64,000 nt of DNA from Mustelus asterias (Eukaryota). The notes below the pieces were generated by a model. That model had not been told where the DNA came from, made no database searches, and saw nothing but the letters and a program-made list of their open reading frames with translations. Positions 60,935-64,000 of this stretch are shown piece by piece (within the stretch, counting starts at the first letter, position 1; the number at the start of each line of letters is the position of its first letter). Both the position numbers and the translations under genes were made by a program. The stretch lies in assembly GCF_964213995.1 (NCBI RefSeq), contig NC_135804.1, positions 47,678,001 to 47,742,000 on the forward strand, written 5' to 3'.

Positions 60935-62668
60935 ATAAAGACAGTACCGGACCAAGCCAGAGTCTCAGGCTAGCCACACTGACCCCCGCCGACTATGGCA
61001 AGGTCTGCAAGACATAACAAGCTACAAGATGAAGGCATGTAAAATCGTCGGCTCCAATGCACTCCTCCCTGATAAGCTCAATGCATTCTTCACTCGTTTT
61101 GAGCAAGAGTTTGCCCTTCACCCTGGAAGAACCTGTATCTGGGGTCACCATTGCAGAGGTCAGAGCAGCTTTCTCAAAGGTCAACCCATGGAAAGCGACT
61201 GGCCCGGACGAGCACTCAGATCCTGCGCAGATCAGCTGGCGGGGGCATTCACATACATCTTCAACCTCTCTTTACAACAATCTGAGGTCCCTATCTGCTT
61301 CAAGAAGATGACTATCATCCCGGTATCGAAGGAAAACCAAGCAGCGTGCCCTAATGACTATCGGCCGGTGGCTCTGACATCCATCATTATGAAGTGCTTC
61401 GAAAGGCTAGTCATGGCACGAATTAATTCGAGCCTCCCAGACTACCTGGATCCACTACAGTTTGCCTACAGCCACAACAGGTCCACAGCAGATGCCATCT
61501 CCCTGGCCCTGCACTCAACCCTGGAACACTTAGATAACAAGGACACCTATGTCAGACTCCTATTTATTGATTAAGCTCAGCCTTCAACACCATTATTCCC
61601 ACGAAACCCATATCCAAACTCTGTGGCCTGGGCCTCAGCACTTCCCTCTGCGACTGGATCCTGAACTTCCTAACTCACAGACCACAATCAGTAAGGATAG
61701 ACAACAACACCTCCTCCACGATCATCCTCAACACCGGTGCCTGACAAGGCTGGGTTCTCAGCCCCCTACTATACTTCTTATACACCTGTGACTGTGTGGC
61801 CAAATTCCCTTCCAATTCAATTTTCAAGTTTGTTGACGACACCACCGTAGTGGGTCGGATCTCAAACAATGACGAGGTAGGGTACAGGAATGAGATAGGG
61901 AATCTGGTGAACTGCTGCGGCAACAATAATCTCTCCCTCAATTTCAACAAAATGAAGGAAATTGTCATCGACTTCAGCAAGCGTAACGAAGAACATGCCC
62001 TTGTCTACATCAATGGGGACAAAGTAGAAAGGGTCGAGAGCTTCAAGTTTTTAGGTGTCCAGATCACCAACAATCTGTCCTGGTCCCCCCCATGCCAACA
62101 CTATAGTTAAGAAAATCCACCAATGCCTCTACTTTCTCAGAAGACTAAGGAAATTTGGCATGTCAGCTACAACTTTCACCAACTTTTACAGATGCACCAT
62201 AGAAAGCATTCTTTCTGGCTGTACCACAGCTTGGTATGGCTCCTGCTCTGCCCAAGACTGCAAGGAACTACAAAAGGTCGTGAATGTAGCCCCATCCATC
62301 ACACAAACCAGCCTCTCATTCACTGACTCTGTCTACACTTCCAGCTGCCTCGGCAAAGCAGCCAGCATAATTAAGGACCCCACGCACCCCGGACATTCTC
62401 TCTTCCACCTTCTTCCTTCGGGAAAAAGATCCAAAAGTCTGAGGCCACGTATCAATCGACTCAAGAACAGCTTCTTCCCTGCTGCTATCAGACTTTTGAA
62501 TGGACTTATCTTGCATTAAGTTGATCCTTCTCTGCACCCTAGTTATGACTGTAACACTACATTCTGCACTCTCTCCTTTCCTTCTCTATGAATGGTATGT
62601 ATAGCACGCAAGAAACAATACTCTTCACTGTATGTTAATACATGTGACAATAATAAATCAAATCAAAT
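60935..62668 (+). mobile_element. Rex1/Babar LINE, 5'-truncated
   Basis: [60 protein letters not shown]; (AAATC)n tail. Confidence 0.95.
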
Positions 62669-63149
62669 ATTGGTTTGTGTGGGATACGTTTGTTTTACAA
62701 TGCTTTGAACATCCATCTTCTATTTTCTGACTTTATTATATTAAATGCCACCGTATCATGTTCACAGAACTAACATTTATTAAAGAAGTTCACATTTTAA
62801 AGGGAACATATCATTACAAGTGGTAGATTCACACTGATGTCTAGGTTGCATTTCCCACCCCAATATTCCATCAGATGGAGTAGCCATAAGAACGGAAGAA
62901 ATTGTACACATGGTCCGTTGAGCCTACTCTGCTACTCTATACTGTCAAGTTCAAGCTTTACTGTCTCTAACACAGGGGTACCAGTAATTGAGATTACCGA
63001 TCAGCCTTCCAAGTTTAGATTTCTCCAGCCTTTCCTTAAGCAAGGAAGACGTAGCTATGGTGTTACATCATATTTTTTGAGCACTGAACAAGATGTCAGG
63101 CAGTGAAAAAAAAAACAAAGTTCAACCAAAATTGAAGGGTCAAGTAGAA

Positions 63150-63510
63150 TGGGCCTATGTTCTCTGGCGTTTAGAAGAACGAGAGGCGATCTCATTGAAA
63201 CACAAAATTCACGGGGGGCTCAACAGGGTCGATGCTGAGAGACTGGTTCTCCTAAAATCCAGCACTGGCTGTCAGGATAAGAGTTCAACCATTGAGGAGG
63301 AGAAAATCCTTTGCCTAGTCAGATGTGAATGTTTGGAATTCACTCTCCCAGAGAACTATGTATGGTTGGTTCATGAATATATTCACGACAGAGATTTATA
63401 GATTTTTGAACTCTTAAGAGTTATGGGGATAAGGCAAACAAGTGGAGTGGATATAAAATTCAGCAACGATCTCATTAAACAGTGACTTCGAAGGGCCAAT
63501 CTTTGCTCAT
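63150..63510 (+). mobile_element. Old CR1 3' fragment
   Basis: gagaggcgatctcattgaaac, tggaattcactctcccagaga. Confidence 0.7.
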
Positions 63511-64000
63511 TTTTTTAAAAGCCCATTCATGGGACATGAGTGTAACTAATTGGTTGCCCATCTTCAATTGCCCTTGAGAAGGTGGAAAACCACCTATTGG
63601 CAACAAAGTGGCTTGCTAGACAATTTCAGAGGGCATTTAAGAGTTAACCACATTGCTGTGACTCTGAATTCATAAGTAGGTTAGATCAGGTAAGCACAGC
63701 AGATTTCCGTCTCTAAAGGGATACTGGTGAAACAGGTGGATTTTTATGACAATCTAGGCGTCACAAATAGAAACCTTCTACCCTTACCTGGATTGGTCTA
63801 AATATGAATGAACAGCAATGTGGTTGATTCTTAAATGCCCTCTGAAATGGCTTCGCAAGCCACTCATTTGTATTAAATCACAATAGAAAGTCAAAAAGAA
63901 TTGAAAGGAAAGACAGATTGATCGACATCAACCTGGGCAATGGAAACAATGACAGCACAACCAGCCCTGTCGATCCTGAAAAGTGCTCTTTACTAACATC
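63510..64000. mobile_element. Inverted pair: SINE 3' part (-, about 63510-63755) and probable LINE 5' region (+, about 63770-64000)
   Basis: Arms 63607-63695 and 63781-63864 are reverse complements; the plus copy ends in GTGCTCTTTACTAACATC (VLFTNI). Confidence 0.7.

Noticed and set aside
1-64000. CRISPR array, operon, retron or other prokaryotic system
   Set aside because: Vertebrate repeat landscape; no regularly spaced repeats, and all RT fragments are CR1, L2 or Rex1 type.

Overview
AT-rich, repeat-dense vertebrate DNA, almost certainly from a shark or other elasmobranch (inferred from HE1-type V-SINEs with CR1/HER1-type tails, Deu-domain SINEs, and CR1, L2, Rex1/Babar and Penelope-like families). 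I could not identify any host protein-coding gene. Every ORF I recognise is a broken retrotransposon ORF, so the window reads as a long intron or intergenic DNA, roughly half of it transposon-derived. Main contents: a young 5'-truncated CR1 (28.2-31.5 kb, -) with ORF1 esterase, APE endonuclease and RT; a three-layer nest (solo LTR > CR1 > Rex1) at 37.4-42.7 kb; a second Rex1 at 60.9-62.7 kb; solo LTRs; GC-rich MITEs; about 10 V-SINE copies or fragments. Most interesting: (1) hammerhead-ribozyme cores in pseudo-LTRs of at least three Penelope-like families, one copy (45586-45624, -) looking intact; (2) a V-SINE subfamily whose 3' tail shares a covarying stem-loop with the local Rex1, suggesting a switch of LINE partner from CR1 to Rex1; (3) a tRNA-headed SINE whose body recurs just upstream of an endonuclease-like ORF start at the window end; (4) repeat-poor islands with enhancer-like motif clusters and a few unassigned exon-like units. 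Boundaries of old repeats are approximate and were read by eye; no search was run.
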